A DNA stretch of 64,000 nucleotides, taken from IMG/VR virus record IMGVR_UViG_3300029305_006387, positions 3,221 through 67,220 of that record, one strand, 5' to 3'. The position numbers and the translations under genes are program-made. Below the pieces are notes generated by a model, which saw only the letters and a list, made by a program, of their open reading frames with translations, ran no database searches and was not told where the DNA came from. Of the stretch, positions 1-9,623 are shown piece after piece (the stretch's first letter is position 1; each line of letters opens with the position of its first letter). Source of the DNA: a virus. Taxonomy: Duplodnaviria > Caudoviricetes.

Positions 1-53
1 TTTCTTTGAGTAAAAAGTCTGCAATTTCTTTAATTTTTGCCTGCTTTTCCATT

Positions 54-287
54 CTACTTCTTTGCCTCCGCGATAATTTCATTTAATGCAACTATCTCAT
101 ATTCGCAATCCAAAAATCTTCGTCCACATTTCTCGTACTGTTGTTTTAGGCGATAGAGTTTAGCGCGAATCCTTTTTAACCCTATTATATCGAGCGTACC
201 GTCAACCTCGTTGTGTATCTCTTCAAGGCGTTCCTTGAAAACCTTTTCGTTAATATTGCCGTCGTTGTCGTAATATCTTCTTGCCAT
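54..287 (-). CDS. hypothetical phage protein
   Basis: ORF in leftward operon, start overlaps stop of upstream gene. Confidence 0.6.
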   Translation of the reverse strand: MARRYYDNDGNINEKVFKERLEEIHNEVDGTLDIIGLKRIRAKLYRLKQQYEKCGRRFLDCEYEIVALNEIIAEAKK

Positions 288-805
288 TATTTTCTTCTCC
301 TATCCTTGATTTTCTTTGCGTGTTTCGGTTTGCCTGCCGTCGCGCGATTCAGTTCCTTTTGGAAACATTCAATGCAAAACAATTTTTCGTTAAGTTCAAT
401 CATATCGCCTTTTGCGAACTTTCCCTTGCATTCTACGCAACAGCAGATTTCAGACTGCTTGCGCTCGTATTCTTCATTGATGGGCGCATCCGTGAAAAGC
501 AACATTTCCACGGGGAAGGACATATTATCCAAATTCCTATGGATTTTTTCAACGGAGATTACGATGAATGTAAGCCCTTCGTATGCGGCAACCTGCGTGT
601 GAATGTCGCCGTGATATTTTTTGTCGTCGAAGGTATCTTCGTATCGTTCTGTGCCTTCTACCTTAAATGCTTTTGCAATTTCAAAAGGGTGAAACTCCCA
701 ATTTCCGTTTTTGCTTGCGCTTCTAAAACCGTTTTCTTTGAGCTTGCTTTCTATGGTCGCCAAGTCCATAGTAGATACAATTTCGTTTAACTGTTCGATA
801 GTCAT
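287..805 (-). CDS. hypothetical protein with C-terminal Cys4 zinc finger
   Basis: CVEC...CIEC motif; ATG at 805 preceded by AAGGAG SD. Confidence 0.6.
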   Translation of the reverse strand: MTIEQLNEIVSTMDLATIESKLKENGFRSASKNGNWEFHPFEIAKAFKVEGTERYEDTFDDKKYHGDIHTQVAAYEGLTFIVISVEKIHRNLDNMSFPVEMLLFTDAPINEEYERKQSEICCCVECKGKFAKGDMIELNEKLFCIECFQKELNRATAGKPKHAKKIKDRRRK

Positions 806-818
806 ATTTCGTTTCTCC

Positions 819-1109
819 TTATATTCCTGCATAGCCGATTATCCTTTTTTGCGGCTTATAATTTCCCCAATATTGGCAACACCCGTTGACTTGCGCTTCA
901 AGTCCTTGTCTGCCGTCTTTCCATAACGCTCCGCAACAAGCAAAGTCGGTGAGTTCAACTTCATCTTTTGTTGCAGGTCTGCCTACGGCTTTTTCGTAAG
1001 CAGATACAATTTTTTCAACGGCTGTGTCTAACAGCCCGTGTTCTTCTTTCGTGAAAATAATTCGGTCTGTTGTTCGACCCAAATCATCAACAGTTCTTAT
1101 TGTAGTCAT
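819..1109 (-). CDS. hypothetical phage protein
   Basis: ORF with GGAG SD, part of tightly packed leftward operon. Confidence 0.55.
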   Translation of the reverse strand: MTTIRTVDDLGRTTDRIIFTKEEHGLLDTAVEKIVSAYEKAVGRPATKDEVELTDFACCGALWKDGRQGLEAQVNGCCQYWGNYKPQKRIIGYAGI

Positions 1110-1143
1110 ATTTTTCTCCGTGTTTCTCAATTATTATAACATT

Positions 1144-2883
1144 TTACGACCCGATTTGCAACAATTCTCGGCTTTCTACAAAGTAGTTTTGCTGATTGCG
1201 GAAAATCTTATTGTACTGCTCTTCGCTGCCCGAAAACTCTTTTACGATAGTCTTTTCTTCTTCGTCCATTTCATCATAGGCTTTCTTACCGTAGGAAGGG
1301 GGCAACCAACCTTTTCTCTGTGATGCAAAGAGATTGAACTTGTCAAGCAATTCTTGACTCCTGAATTTTAAGTGGCAAGTACCTTTTTTGTAGAACGTAA
1401 GGACGAAATGTTCCGTCGTAATATTTTTTGCGTTTCCGCGTTCAAAATTTCTTGATATTATGCCTTCCAAAAGGTCTATGTTTTCCAATCCGCAAACGCC
1501 TTTTGCAAGATAGTTCAGAGTTTTTGACATATCCGTAAGGGTGTAAATCGCTTCCCTTAAATCGAGCTTATAGGTATAGCCTTTTCTCGTGCAATACCCG
1601 CCATATCCGCTACCGTGAAATACATAGTTTGGCTCGGATTTCCACACCCCATAGAACGGAATTACAATCTTGCTGTTCAGCTTGTGTGCGCTATTCGTTT
1701 TCCATCCGTTGTAATAGTGGATATTGTCGCAACCGTCGTATTGCGCGTGTTTGGTAAACCTATCAAACAAGGAAAGGATTTCTTCTTCGATTCCGCGAGC
1801 GGTCGCTTTCATATTTTCTTCCATAAGCACCAAGATATTATGTTCATTAAAATCATAGTGCGACATTTCATCGAGGCGCGAAGAAAGCTCGTTGCGAAGT
1901 TTGCTTGTAGCTCTCCCCGAAAAATTGGGATTATCAAAAAGGGCTTTCCAATACAATCTTCTTGTTTTTTGTAAGTATCGGTTTATATCAAAACCGCGCT
2001 CATCATAAACCTTTAACTCAAAGGGCTTTACGTATGTATCTTTCTCAATTTGAGAAAACCGCGTATTGTATGTATTCTCAAAGGCGGCGTACTCTTTGAA
2101 GAACGCAAGGGCAGATTCTACGTGTTCATTGTATTGTGCCACGATTGCCGTCATCCAATCAAGCCCCATTCTGATAAGCTCTTTCTGTTCTGCGGTCTGT
2201 TCTGTTTCAATGCGGATTTCCCTTGCTTTATCCAACGACTCAAACACCTTGGAATTGAAGAGCTGTTCGGGGGCAGGAATATCAATCCATATTACCGCCG
2301 TTTCTACCGCCGTCTTTCTCTCGCAATCTTCCGCAAGGAAAGCATCTTTGTAATAGCGAATAACGGCGTTAAGTTCGTCTAATCGCTTGACAAGCTCCAT
2401 TCTCTTCCGGGTGTAGGGGTTTTTGATGGTTTCGGCATTCAAAATGCACAATATTCTACCGCCGTATCTTTCCTGAAGGGAGATTGCTTTAAGCAGATGC
2501 AATTCTCCATTCTCAAAAGGTGGATTCATATAAATCAAGTCGTACATTGTGTATGGATTGAACGAAAGGAAGTCGTCGTGGACAACGGGTAAATCCATAC
2601 CGCGCAAAGTTGCTTGGAGCGTTTTGTCGATTTCAACGCATTCAACGTGGCAACGGATGGAATCTCTGTACAACCCACGAACGCGATACAAACCGTCTTT
2701 CGCCAATCGCTGCGCAATGTCGCCCTTGCCTGCACTCGGCTCTAATACTCTAATATCGTATCTGCATTCTTTTTCAAAGCATTTAATCTCGGAATAAAAA
2801 TCGTTTCCAATTCGCTCCATAAAGGATGCAGGGGTGGGGTAGAATTGATTATCGTTTTCGGTGTAAGTAGTAATGTCTTTCAC
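1144..2883 (-). CDS. class I SAM-dependent DNA adenine methyltransferase with DUF4942-like C-terminal domain
   Basis: FYPTP (motif X), VLEPSAGKG (motif I), YMNPPF (motif IV); C-terminal FYKKGTCHLKF...NLFASQRKGWLPPSYGKKAY typical of DUF4942. Confidence 0.85.
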   Translation of the reverse strand: MKDITTYTENDNQFYPTPASFMERIGNDFYSEIKCFEKECRYDIRVLEPSAGKGDIAQRLAKDGLYRVRGLYRDSIRCHVECVEIDKTLQATLRGMDLPVVHDDFLSFNPYTMYDLIYMNPPFENGELHLLKAISLQERYGGRILCILNAETIKNPYTRKRMELVKRLDELNAVIRYYKDAFLAEDCERKTAVETAVIWIDIPAPEQLFNSKVFESLDKAREIRIETEQTAEQKELIRMGLDWMTAIVAQYNEHVESALAFFKEYAAFENTYNTRFSQIEKDTYVKPFELKVYDERGFDINRYLQKTRRLYWKALFDNPNFSGRATSKLRNELSSRLDEMSHYDFNEHNILVLMEENMKATARGIEEEILSLFDRFTKHAQYDGCDNIHYYNGWKTNSAHKLNSKIVIPFYGVWKSEPNYVFHGSGYGGYCTRKGYTYKLDLREAIYTLTDMSKTLNYLAKGVCGLENIDLLEGIISRNFERGNAKNITTEHFVLTFYKKGTCHLKFRSQELLDKFNLFASQRKGWLPPSYGKKAYDEMDEEEKTIVKEFSGSEEQYNKIFRNQQNYFVESRELLQIGS

Positions 2884-2899
2884 TTGTTTTTCTCCTATT

Positions 2900-3298
2900 T
2901 TAAGCTAATAATAGTTCGGGGTTGTCGTATATATTGCCGATTATTTCGTATTCAACATTGCACATTGAAGTAAAGGCGGTGAACGTTTCTGTTCCCATTC
3001 TTTTCCACAAAAGACCAAAAGAACCATTGCGGAATGCTACCACGCCGTTCACGGGCATAGAGTGCAAGAACAATCCTGTTAAAATATCGCCTTCAAAAAT
3101 GTCCTTTTTGTTCTTATCCGTCAAGTCCGTAAACTGTCCTACGGACTCCTTGTCAACGTCGGCGATTATTCGATTTCCGTATCTGTCTTTGTAGATTATT
3201 CTCGGATAATCCTTGTCAAGACTATCGAGCATACCATAAAGCCAATCCTTATTAAGTATTCCTGTTCTATCTTTTCCCCTAAACAAACGCTCTATCAT
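2900..3298 (-). CDS. YopX family protein
   Basis: LFRGK...W.YG; SVGQFTDLTDKNKKDIFEGDI; EIIGNIYDNPELL. Confidence 0.9.
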   Translation of the reverse strand: MIERLFRGKDRTGILNKDWLYGMLDSLDKDYPRIIYKDRYGNRIIADVDKESVGQFTDLTDKNKKDIFEGDILTGLFLHSMPVNGVVAFRNGSFGLLWKRMGTETFTAFTSMCNVEYEIIGNIYDNPELLLA

Positions 3299-3465
3299 AT
3301 CGCAATCTCCTTAATACTCAAAATCTTTACCCAAAACAGGGCTTTTAATCTGTTCAAAGTGTTCTCGCTGACAGATTCCATACACAAATGGTTTTCGTTG
3401 TCGTATTCGTCTGTCAGTCTGCCGTTTCTATCTACGAATTGATATTCTACGTGGTATCTTTTCAT
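3295..3465 (-). CDS. small hypothetical protein (56 aa, below ORF-track cutoff)
   Basis: Translated by hand MKRYHVEYQF...KEIAI*; ATGA overlaps with both neighbours. Confidence 0.6.
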   Translation of the reverse strand: MKRYHVEYQFVDRNGRLTDEYDNENHLCMESVSENTLNRLKALFWVKILSIKEIAI

Positions 3466-3683
3466 TGTTCGGTATCTCCCATTTCTTCGGTAGGGGAATA
3501 ATGCTCAATAATCTCCCCGTTCGGTTTAACGCAAGCAAGATAATCCATAGTACCCTGCATAAACAGCCAACAATTAAAATATCCGTTCCAACACAACAAG
3601 CCTTTCGTTTGATTGTGTTTTATGATAAAATTGTCAGCTTCTGCTTTCGTTGTAAAAGAATATAATTTATACGCCTTCTTCAT
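3462..3683 (-). CDS. hypothetical phage protein
   Basis: ORF with ATGA-type overlaps in leftward operon. Confidence 0.55.
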   Translation of the reverse strand: MKKAYKLYSFTTKAEADNFIIKHNQTKGLLCWNGYFNCWLFMQGTMDYLACVKPNGEIIEHYSPTEEMGDTEQ

Positions 3684-4435
3684 TCTTCAACCGCCTCTGC
3701 AAACTCCAATTCCCAAATGCTTGCGATAAAAGACAAGACTTCCTTATGGGGGAGATTCTCAACTTCCTTTTCAAGTTCTTCATTGTCGTCCATATACGCC
3801 CATTCCATAGCTTGCTCGCGCCATTGTTCAACAGTCAAATCTCTATCTGTCCCAAATTCGCCTCCCTGCAAATCTCTAACAACACGATAGCGTTTCTGTT
3901 CAACGCCGTAATGTTTGCAGATTGCATCAAACATAGCCAACCTTAATTCCAAGCCGTTCGTTTCCCAAATCTGCGGCGTGGGGCAGGTTTCGTTTTCGTC
4001 AAGGGAATCGCAATCGTTTTCAAAAGACATTTGCCATCCGTAAATCAAATCGTCAACCAAATCGTCAACCTGTTCTACTGTGATATTTTCAGATTCAAAG
4101 CGGTCTGAAAAATCGTCGAAAGAGTGGGCGGTTTCCCCGTCAACAACTACATTCCATTCGTGATAGCCTGCGACAAACTCAATCGTTTTTACGCCTTCAA
4201 CTTTCTCTACGGGGGAAACGATGCCGCAACCTTCTCTGTAAATATCGCCAACGCCTTCCGTTGTCCCGTCGTCGTATTCAATTATTGCTTGCACGTGCCG
4301 TTCTACTACGCTGTAATCCCCGTTGGGGTAATAGTTTACGGGTCTTAATACCGTGATTCTCCCAACCTTGCCATTGTGCGGATTGCAATCGCTTATATAA
4401 GCAATCTTTACTTTATCGCCGATATGAAATTCCAT
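3680..4435 (-). CDS. acidic multi-domain hypothetical protein (N-terminal SH3/KOW-like FHIGDKV)
   Basis: 251 aa ORF, AAGGAG SD, very acidic. Confidence 0.6.
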   Translation of the reverse strand: MEFHIGDKVKIAYISDCNPHNGKVGRITVLRPVNYYPNGDYSVVERHVQAIIEYDDGTTEGVGDIYREGCGIVSPVEKVEGVKTIEFVAGYHEWNVVVDGETAHSFDDFSDRFESENITVEQVDDLVDDLIYGWQMSFENDCDSLDENETCPTPQIWETNGLELRLAMFDAICKHYGVEQKRYRVVRDLQGGEFGTDRDLTVEQWREQAMEWAYMDDNEELEKEVENLPHKEVLSFIASIWELEFAEAVEE

Positions 4436-4447
4436 ACTTTTTCTCCT

Positions 4448-4609
4448 TTAATTGTATTCCCTAAACTCGATTTCTTCGCCGTCGGTAATGTAGTTAAACT
4501 CTTCTTCGGTCATACCTAAACCGTCTAAAACATTTCCCTTTTCATATTCGTCATAAGCAAACTTGACAAGCGCGTTATACAAAAGCCGTTTTAATCTCTG
4601 TTCGTTCAT
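4448..4609 (-). CDS. small hypothetical protein (53 aa)
   Basis: Translated by hand MNEQRLKRLL...FREYN*; GGAG SD. Confidence 0.55.
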   Translation of the reverse strand: MNEQRLKRLLYNALVKFAYDEYEKGNVLDGLGMTEEEFNYITDGEEIEFREYN

Positions 4610-4621
4610 AGTTCATTCTCC

Positions 4622-4912
4622 TTATGCTTGCGCCCAATTCGGTTTATAATAACCGCCGAGTAATTCCCAAAGCGCAACCCGACAGTCATCTCTCGTTTGC
4701 GTGTTGTCAATAAACGCATATTTCTTTCTGCCGTACTTTTCAAACGTGAGCTTGTTGTGGTTGAGAATCTCGATTCCCGTTTTCATACGGATTGCCCGTT
4801 TGAGTTGGTTATAGCCGATATATTCAGGCAATCCCCGGAAGAGCGTTCCGTCGATGGTTAAGTTTGCGTAGTAAACGCCGCCGTCCTGTACAATTTCACA
4901 AGTCCATTTCAT
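4622..4912 (-). CDS. hypothetical phage protein
   Basis: ORF with SD in operon. Confidence 0.6.
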   Translation of the reverse strand: MKWTCEIVQDGGVYYANLTIDGTLFRGLPEYIGYNQLKRAIRMKTGIEILNHNKLTFEKYGRKKYAFIDNTQTRDDCRVALWELLGGYYKPNWAQA

Positions 4913-4914
4913 AA

Positions 4915-5373
4915 TCAGTTATTCTCCTTTATGTCGTAGTCGGTAGGGTATTCAATGTAGTGAAAAGGCTTCCCTTTTTCTGCGCGTGTTTTCTTCAAGT
5001 GTTCAAAACATTGTTGGCAAAGCAAGCCGTAGCTCTCCGTGTCTGCTTGTGGGCTTACGCGGTCTGCATAGAAATCCTTTCCGCAAAAATCGCAATGCCA
5101 AGTTCTGCCGACCGTCTTTGCGCTTGCCCAATGGATTCCGTCAAGGAACGCGCCGCCAAAGATTAGCTGTTCATCGTCTATTGCCTTTTTCGCTTCTTCT
5201 ACCGTATCAAAATGCGAATCTGAAAGGGTAGCGGTTGCAGGTGCAACACCGTTGTTTTTATAGAAAACCTTTGTTGCGTTATTTTCGATTTTGCATATTT
5301 CAAAGTTGGTAAACTTTTTATTGTCGTAGCTAAAAGAAAAGGGGATTATTTTATATCCTTTATATTCAATCAT
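4915..5373 (-). CDS. hypothetical protein with CxxC...CxxC zinc finger
   Basis: HCDFCG...LCQQC; AAGGAG SD. Confidence 0.6.
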   Translation of the reverse strand: MIEYKGYKIIPFSFSYDNKKFTNFEICKIENNATKVFYKNNGVAPATATLSDSHFDTVEEAKKAIDDEQLIFGGAFLDGIHWASAKTVGRTWHCDFCGKDFYADRVSPQADTESYGLLCQQCFEHLKKTRAEKGKPFHYIEYPTDYDIKENN

Positions 5374-5387
5374 CCGTTCTGTTCTCC

Positions 5388-5582
5388 TTATAAAAGATTG
5401 ATATAGATAACGCCGGGTGCATCCGCATAGCTTTCTATGCTTTTTACTTCCCGTTTCTTGTACTGTTCGGGGGTATCGTCAGCATTTCCTTTATATCTTG
5501 CGCTGTTCGCTCCGTTGTCCCAAATCTCGATTTTTTGAAATAAAGCATCTTCAAATAATTCAATGATATTTTCTACTTTCAT
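5388..5582 (-). CDS. small hypothetical protein
   Basis: ORF; start chosen from SD position. Confidence 0.5.
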   Translation of the reverse strand: MKVENIIELFEDALFQKIEIWDNGANSARYKGNADDTPEQYKKREVKSIESYADAPGVIYINLL

Positions 5583-5598
5583 CTTTCTGTTTTTCTCC

Positions 5599-5796
5599 TT
5601 ATGATAAGATTTCAAATTCTCTGTGATATAAACTTCCGCTTATGGCTACGCGTACCCGTTTTCGGTCTTGCGTAAAATACCATACGTTTCCGTCCTCGTG
5701 CTTCAATTCTTTTCTTTGCCCGTTTTCAAAATGCACAAAATATCGTACATTCGGGTTGCTGTTCCCAAAGCAGGGGATAAAGGTTGAAAAAGTCAT
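5599..5796 (-). CDS. small hypothetical protein
   Basis: ORF with AGGAG SD. Confidence 0.5.
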   Translation of the reverse strand: MTFSTFIPCFGNSNPNVRYFVHFENGQRKELKHEDGNVWYFTQDRKRVRVAISGSLYHREFEILS

Positions 5797-5811
5797 AATC
5801 GTTTCTCCTGT

Positions 5812-5964
5812 TCAAAGTTTATAAATCCAACTGTCATCGCCTTTGGCGTGTTTCTTTTTCCAACGAAAGCGTAGCTCCAATATCCAAGCCCATATAAGTT
5901 GTGGCAACCACGCAACCACAAACCATATTACTAAACCGATTATAAAATAGAGTACGTATTCCAT
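5812..5964 (-). CDS. small single-pass membrane protein (50 aa)
   Basis: Translated by hand MEYVLYFIIGLVIWFVVAWLPQLIWAW...; hydrophobic N-terminus, basic tail. Confidence 0.5.
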   Translation of the reverse strand: MEYVLYFIIGLVIWFVVAWLPQLIWAWILELRFRWKKKHAKGDDSWIYKL

Positions 5965-5974
5965 TTTTACCGCC

Positions 5975-6280
5975 TTAATAAATCAATTCGTCAACGATAG
6001 CGCGGATGCGCTGTTCTTGTTCCTGTTCATTGAGAAATTCGTCGTTCCCAAAGGGAACGAAGATTCGCCCGTTTAAGGTTTCGCCTATATCGCCGTTGTT
6101 TTTAATCGCTATATGGTTGCGCTCGCACAATTCTGCCGTCAATCTACGCAAATAATGCGATAAGCAACCGCCACCCGGAAGGCTGTAATTGCCTTTTCTT
6201 TTGTCGATTTTCCAAGCCGAAAAGATTTTTATAATCGTCTTAAACTCTGTTCTTGTCATTGTTTTCGTCGCTCCTGTCAA
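5975..6280 (-). CDS. hypothetical phage protein
   Basis: ORF in operon. Confidence 0.55.
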   Translation of the reverse strand: MTGATKTMTRTEFKTIIKIFSAWKIDKRKGNYSLPGGGCLSHYLRRLTAELCERNHIAIKNNGDIGETLNGRIFVPFGNDEFLNEQEQEQRIRAIVDELIY

Positions 6281-6495
6281 TCAAATAAATACGTGCCGTT
6301 TTTTTGGTATGTTCTGTTCCATTCAATAGCAATATTTTCCGCCTCTCTTCTGCTTTCGCAGGCGTGAATAATCGTTGCGTTCGGGTATCTGTTCTTGAAA
6401 AAAGTTATCAAATTATTGCAATTAGCGATTGCATCAGCAAAGGCAAAGTGCTTGCCGCCTTTTTCTTCTGATATTACATAGTAAAACTTTTTCAT
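6277..6495 (-). CDS. hypothetical phage protein
   Basis: ORF in operon. Confidence 0.55.
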   Translation of the reverse strand: MKKFYYVISEEKGGKHFAFADAIANCNNLITFFKNRYPNATIIHACESRREAENIAIEWNRTYQKNGTYLFD

Positions 6496-6506
6496 ACCTT
6501 TTTCCT

Positions 6507-7004
6507 TTATGCAAAATGCACATTATAGCGCAAGATTGCTTGCCCTTTTATGGAATTGTCGATTACCTTTCTGCTGTTTCTGTCAAATCGTTTTCCGCGT
6601 ACCTTGTCCCACCCGTTCAAGTATTGAAAAGGGGATTTCTCAAAGTAAAATTTCTTTTTCCAATACGTATCAGAATAGGGGTTTTGTTTGATATATTCCT
6701 GTTCGATTCGCGCCCATTCAGACAAAAAACTTTCTTCTTCTGCCGTCAAATCGCGTTCACCCGGAGCGTAAACAGTCAAAGTTTCATCCGTATATTCAAT
6801 AAGGCTTGCAGCATCAAATCTTAATTCGCTTTTCAATCCGTCTGTGTTTTTTAGGAAAATTGCGACGGTGTTTGCGCCCATTACTTCGCGTTTTCCTTTC
6901 ATATTTTCGCGGATATTTTCCGTGCTTCCGTAGCGTTCTACAAGCTCCAAAAATAAACCGCCGTTTTGCGCATCTCTTTTAAGCTGTGTCAAGGTTTTAA
7001 TCAT
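6507..7004 (-). CDS. hypothetical phage protein
   Basis: 165 aa ORF, GGGAG SD directly after structured RNA motif. Confidence 0.65.
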   Translation of the reverse strand: MIKTLTQLKRDAQNGGLFLELVERYGSTENIRENMKGKREVMGANTVAIFLKNTDGLKSELRFDAASLIEYTDETLTVYAPGERDLTAEEESFLSEWARIEQEYIKQNPYSDTYWKKKFYFEKSPFQYLNGWDKVRGKRFDRNSRKVIDNSIKGQAILRYNVHFA

Positions 7005-7073
7005 AGTATTTTCTCCCTGCCGCGCCGCCCGTCCTTTTGGACGGTGCGGACTTATCGGCGTTTTCTGTTCTGC

Positions 7074-7721
7074 TCAATATGAGCCGTAAACTGTTCTGTG
7101 CTGTATATGTTCTTCAACCGAAAGGGGATGATATATATCCTTTGCGTTTGGATTCGGTCGGAAAATGTCAATCGTTTCCCCGTCGTTCACGAAGTAGCAG
7201 TCCACGATAGAGCCATTGCATAACGCCTTAATCGGTCTTATACCTTCGGGCAGTTCTTCCATCTTCCAAAAATATTTATGGTCGTTGATTTTTCGGTTCA
7301 AGCGGAAGGTTTCACATACGCCGACGATTTCAGAGCAACTTTCGCCGATTTTTTCATACTCAAAACCAAGCGTTTTTGCGAAAAAGTCAAGCTGTTCTTT
7401 CTTGTCAAACTCGGCAAAAATCCACGTATTCCCTGTTGTCTTATGTCGAATAATAGCCTTTTTTCTGTGGTATTGACTGTGCGTTCTTTCTGCAATCGTC
7501 AAATAGTATTCGTCGGGGATATAGTGGCAGATGCTGACCTGTTCGCTGTTCTGCCCTATGCCGCATTTCAGCTCCCATTTCTCGACGGTTTCGCCGTGGG
7601 GCAGAAGGTCGGTCGTCGTGTAAAGCTCGCCTTGATAAAGGTAAGCGATTCCCGTATAGGGTTTGTCGTTTTGGTCGGTGTAAAGGTAGGCGTTTTCGCT
7701 GTTCCCGTTCTTTAATTTCAT
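7074..7721 (-). CDS. hypothetical phage protein
   Basis: 215 aa ORF, AAGGAG SD. Confidence 0.65.
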   Translation of the reverse strand: MKLKNGNSENAYLYTDQNDKPYTGIAYLYQGELYTTTDLLPHGETVEKWELKCGIGQNSEQVSICHYIPDEYYLTIAERTHSQYHRKKAIIRHKTTGNTWIFAEFDKKEQLDFFAKTLGFEYEKIGESCSEIVGVCETFRLNRKINDHKYFWKMEELPEGIRPIKALCNGSIVDCYFVNDGETIDIFRPNPNAKDIYHPLSVEEHIQHRTVYGSY

Positions 7722-7742
7722 AGTCTTTTCTCCTTTTATAGT

Positions 7743-8546
7743 TTAGGCATCTGCCCAATATGTCCACGTGTGCAACTTGCTTGTGCCGTATCTTTTAAGG
7801 TATGCGTTCAATCGCTTGTCAAACTCGGCAAGGACGATTTCGTGCGCCCGTTTCAGCGTTGCGACGTCTGCCGCGTTCATAGGCTTATAACTTTGTCGCT
7901 GTGTTTCGCTCATCTTGTACAACCAATGGAAAGAGGGGATATGCACAAATTCTTTAATTTTACTATCTTCCGGGGATTTCCAATACTTCACGCGCAAATA
8001 CCAATCTTCGGGGCTGTTCAGACTTTCAATCGTTTTCAAAAGGTCGGCGCGGTTTTTCTCTTTGAAGTATTCTGCATCTTTACTTATTGCCGCCCGTGTT
8101 TCTTCCGCTTCTTCCTGCGTGTCAAATGCGCCTTGGCAACCGTAGCCAAAACAAAAACGCGTTTCGATTCTCGGCTTTTCAATTACCAAATAATCCCCGT
8201 TTTCAGTCTTGACGATTCGCGCCGTATCTTTGCGGATAAAGTCAAGCATTTTTTCATCTTTCCAAACCTGCGCCCGGATAAGCTCCAAATATTCGGCAAG
8301 GAGTTTTGCTTGCTCTTCGCGGTCGGCTCTCTGTTCTGCTTTTCCGTCCGTTTTCTGTTCGGTTGGCTGTTCCGTCTGTTCGGCGTTGAGCTTCGCGGAT
8401 ATGTCGGCGTAGCCGTACCAAATACCCTTTGCCTTATTCCATCGGTAGCCGCTCGCTTTCAGTAGGTCGCGTATTTCTTGCGACGGCTTACCGTCAAATT
8501 TCAATTCGTAGCTGTTATATTTATCATTTTTTGCAACTGTACACAT
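7743..8546 (-). CDS. polyvalent-protein-associated-like hypothetical protein
   Basis: N-terminal YELKFDGKPSQEIRDLLKASGYRWNKAKGIWYG resembles a module seen in mobile-element leading-region proteins. Confidence 0.55.
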   Translation of the reverse strand: MCTVAKNDKYNSYELKFDGKPSQEIRDLLKASGYRWNKAKGIWYGYADISAKLNAEQTEQPTEQKTDGKAEQRADREEQAKLLAEYLELIRAQVWKDEKMLDFIRKDTARIVKTENGDYLVIEKPRIETRFCFGYGCQGAFDTQEEAEETRAAISKDAEYFKEKNRADLLKTIESLNSPEDWYLRVKYWKSPEDSKIKEFVHIPSFHWLYKMSETQRQSYKPMNAADVATLKRAHEIVLAEFDKRLNAYLKRYGTSKLHTWTYWADA

Positions 8547-8550
8547 TTTT

Positions 8551-8712
8551 TTATCTCCGTTCGATTTCTTCTATTTGTCTATTTGTTATAGCCGTTAATC
8601 TTCCATACCGCAACGCCTGCAATACTTCTGCAAGGGTAGCAGACGGAAACGCCAACCGCAACGCTTGCAACGTCGTTATAACTTCCTGCGCTGTTCCCGT
8701 TATTCTCAACAT
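8551..8712 (-). CDS. small hypothetical protein (53 aa)
   Basis: Translated by hand MLRITGTAQEV...EIERR*; internal LQALR repeat; G-rich SD. Confidence 0.45.
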   Translation of the reverse strand: MLRITGTAQEVITTLQALRLAFPSATLAEVLQALRYGRLTAITNRQIEEIERR

Positions 8713-8774
8713 ACTTTACCCCCCAAGCCTTCCCCCTCGATTTTTTCGGGGGGAGCAGGCTTTCATTTTTTTTA

Positions 8775-9518
8775 TTATGCAAACTCGCCTTGATTCCATT
8801 TGTGGCGATTGAAAACTTTTTTGATTTCCGCGGCGGTTATTCCCGTTCCCCGGAAATGGTCTATCACGCCGTTCAAGTCCCACGAATAAAAACATTCATA
8901 ATTGAAAAGCTCGTACAAAATCGCGCTTTCTCTCTGTTCTGCATCGCCCATAAATTCCTGATAGCGTTTTTCGACGATTTCCGCGCGTTTTTTCAAATAA
9001 TCCACGCACCCGGAAAGAGGGAAATAAGCGAAGGCAACTTGCGAATAATAGGGGAAATGTCTGCGTATTCTTTCCGCGCGTTCCTGTTCTTCCTGCTCGC
9101 TTTTTATGATATGAAACGCGCTTTCATACTTCCAACGACGGGGCAAATAATTCCGCACGAAGTAGTCTTTTCGTCTGTACTCGTCATAGTCTTTTATAGG
9201 CGCGTTCAATTCTTCATCCGTGAAAAGTGTTTTTTCTACCTTTTCAAGCATCGCTCTAATCATTCGGTAGTTGCTGCCGCCGTAGCTGTTCAGGTTGTAG
9301 TGTATAGATGATTCAATGTAAATGCATCTGCTTTCAGTTATCCCTTCGCCGTTCTCAAACGCAAACCACGTGAACCCGTAATAAGGGGCGCATTTTACCA
9401 AAAACGCATCAAATCCCTTTACGCGCTTTTTAATGATTGCCACGCGTTCCAACTGTTCAAGCGTTGCGCTTGTCATATCATCCCATTTGTAAGCCGAAAA
9501 AGTTTTAATTTCCTTCAT
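8775..9518 (-). CDS. hypothetical phage protein
   Basis: 247 aa ORF with GAGG SD, downstream of hammerhead cleavage site. Confidence 0.65.
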   Translation of the reverse strand: MKEIKTFSAYKWDDMTSATLEQLERVAIIKKRVKGFDAFLVKCAPYYGFTWFAFENGEGITESRCIYIESSIHYNLNSYGGSNYRMIRAMLEKVEKTLFTDEELNAPIKDYDEYRRKDYFVRNYLPRRWKYESAFHIIKSEQEEQERAERIRRHFPYYSQVAFAYFPLSGCVDYLKKRAEIVEKRYQEFMGDAEQRESAILYELFNYECFYSWDLNGVIDHFRGTGITAAEIKKVFNRHKWNQGEFA

Positions 9519-9555
9519 AGTGTTTTACCTCGTTCTGTTCTGTTTTTTTGGCTAT

Positions 9556-9622
9556 CGCCGACGATGAAGGCGCGTTGCTGTTCATCGTTTCGCCCGGTTG
9601 CCGTCCGGGACTCGTCAGGGCG
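9556..9622 (-). ncRNA. type I hammerhead ribozyme
   Basis: Minus strand CGCC-CUGACGA-GUCCCGG(acggcaa)CCGGGC-GAAA-CGAUGAA(loop)UUCAUCG-UC-GGCG: all core nucleotides, stems I-III, GUC cleavage triplet. Confidence 0.85.
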
Positions 9623-9623
9623 T

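Noticed and set aside
8327-8378. CTGTTC repeats resembling the intergenic CAGAAC motif
   Set aside because: They are explained by Glu-Gln codons in a low-complexity protein linker.
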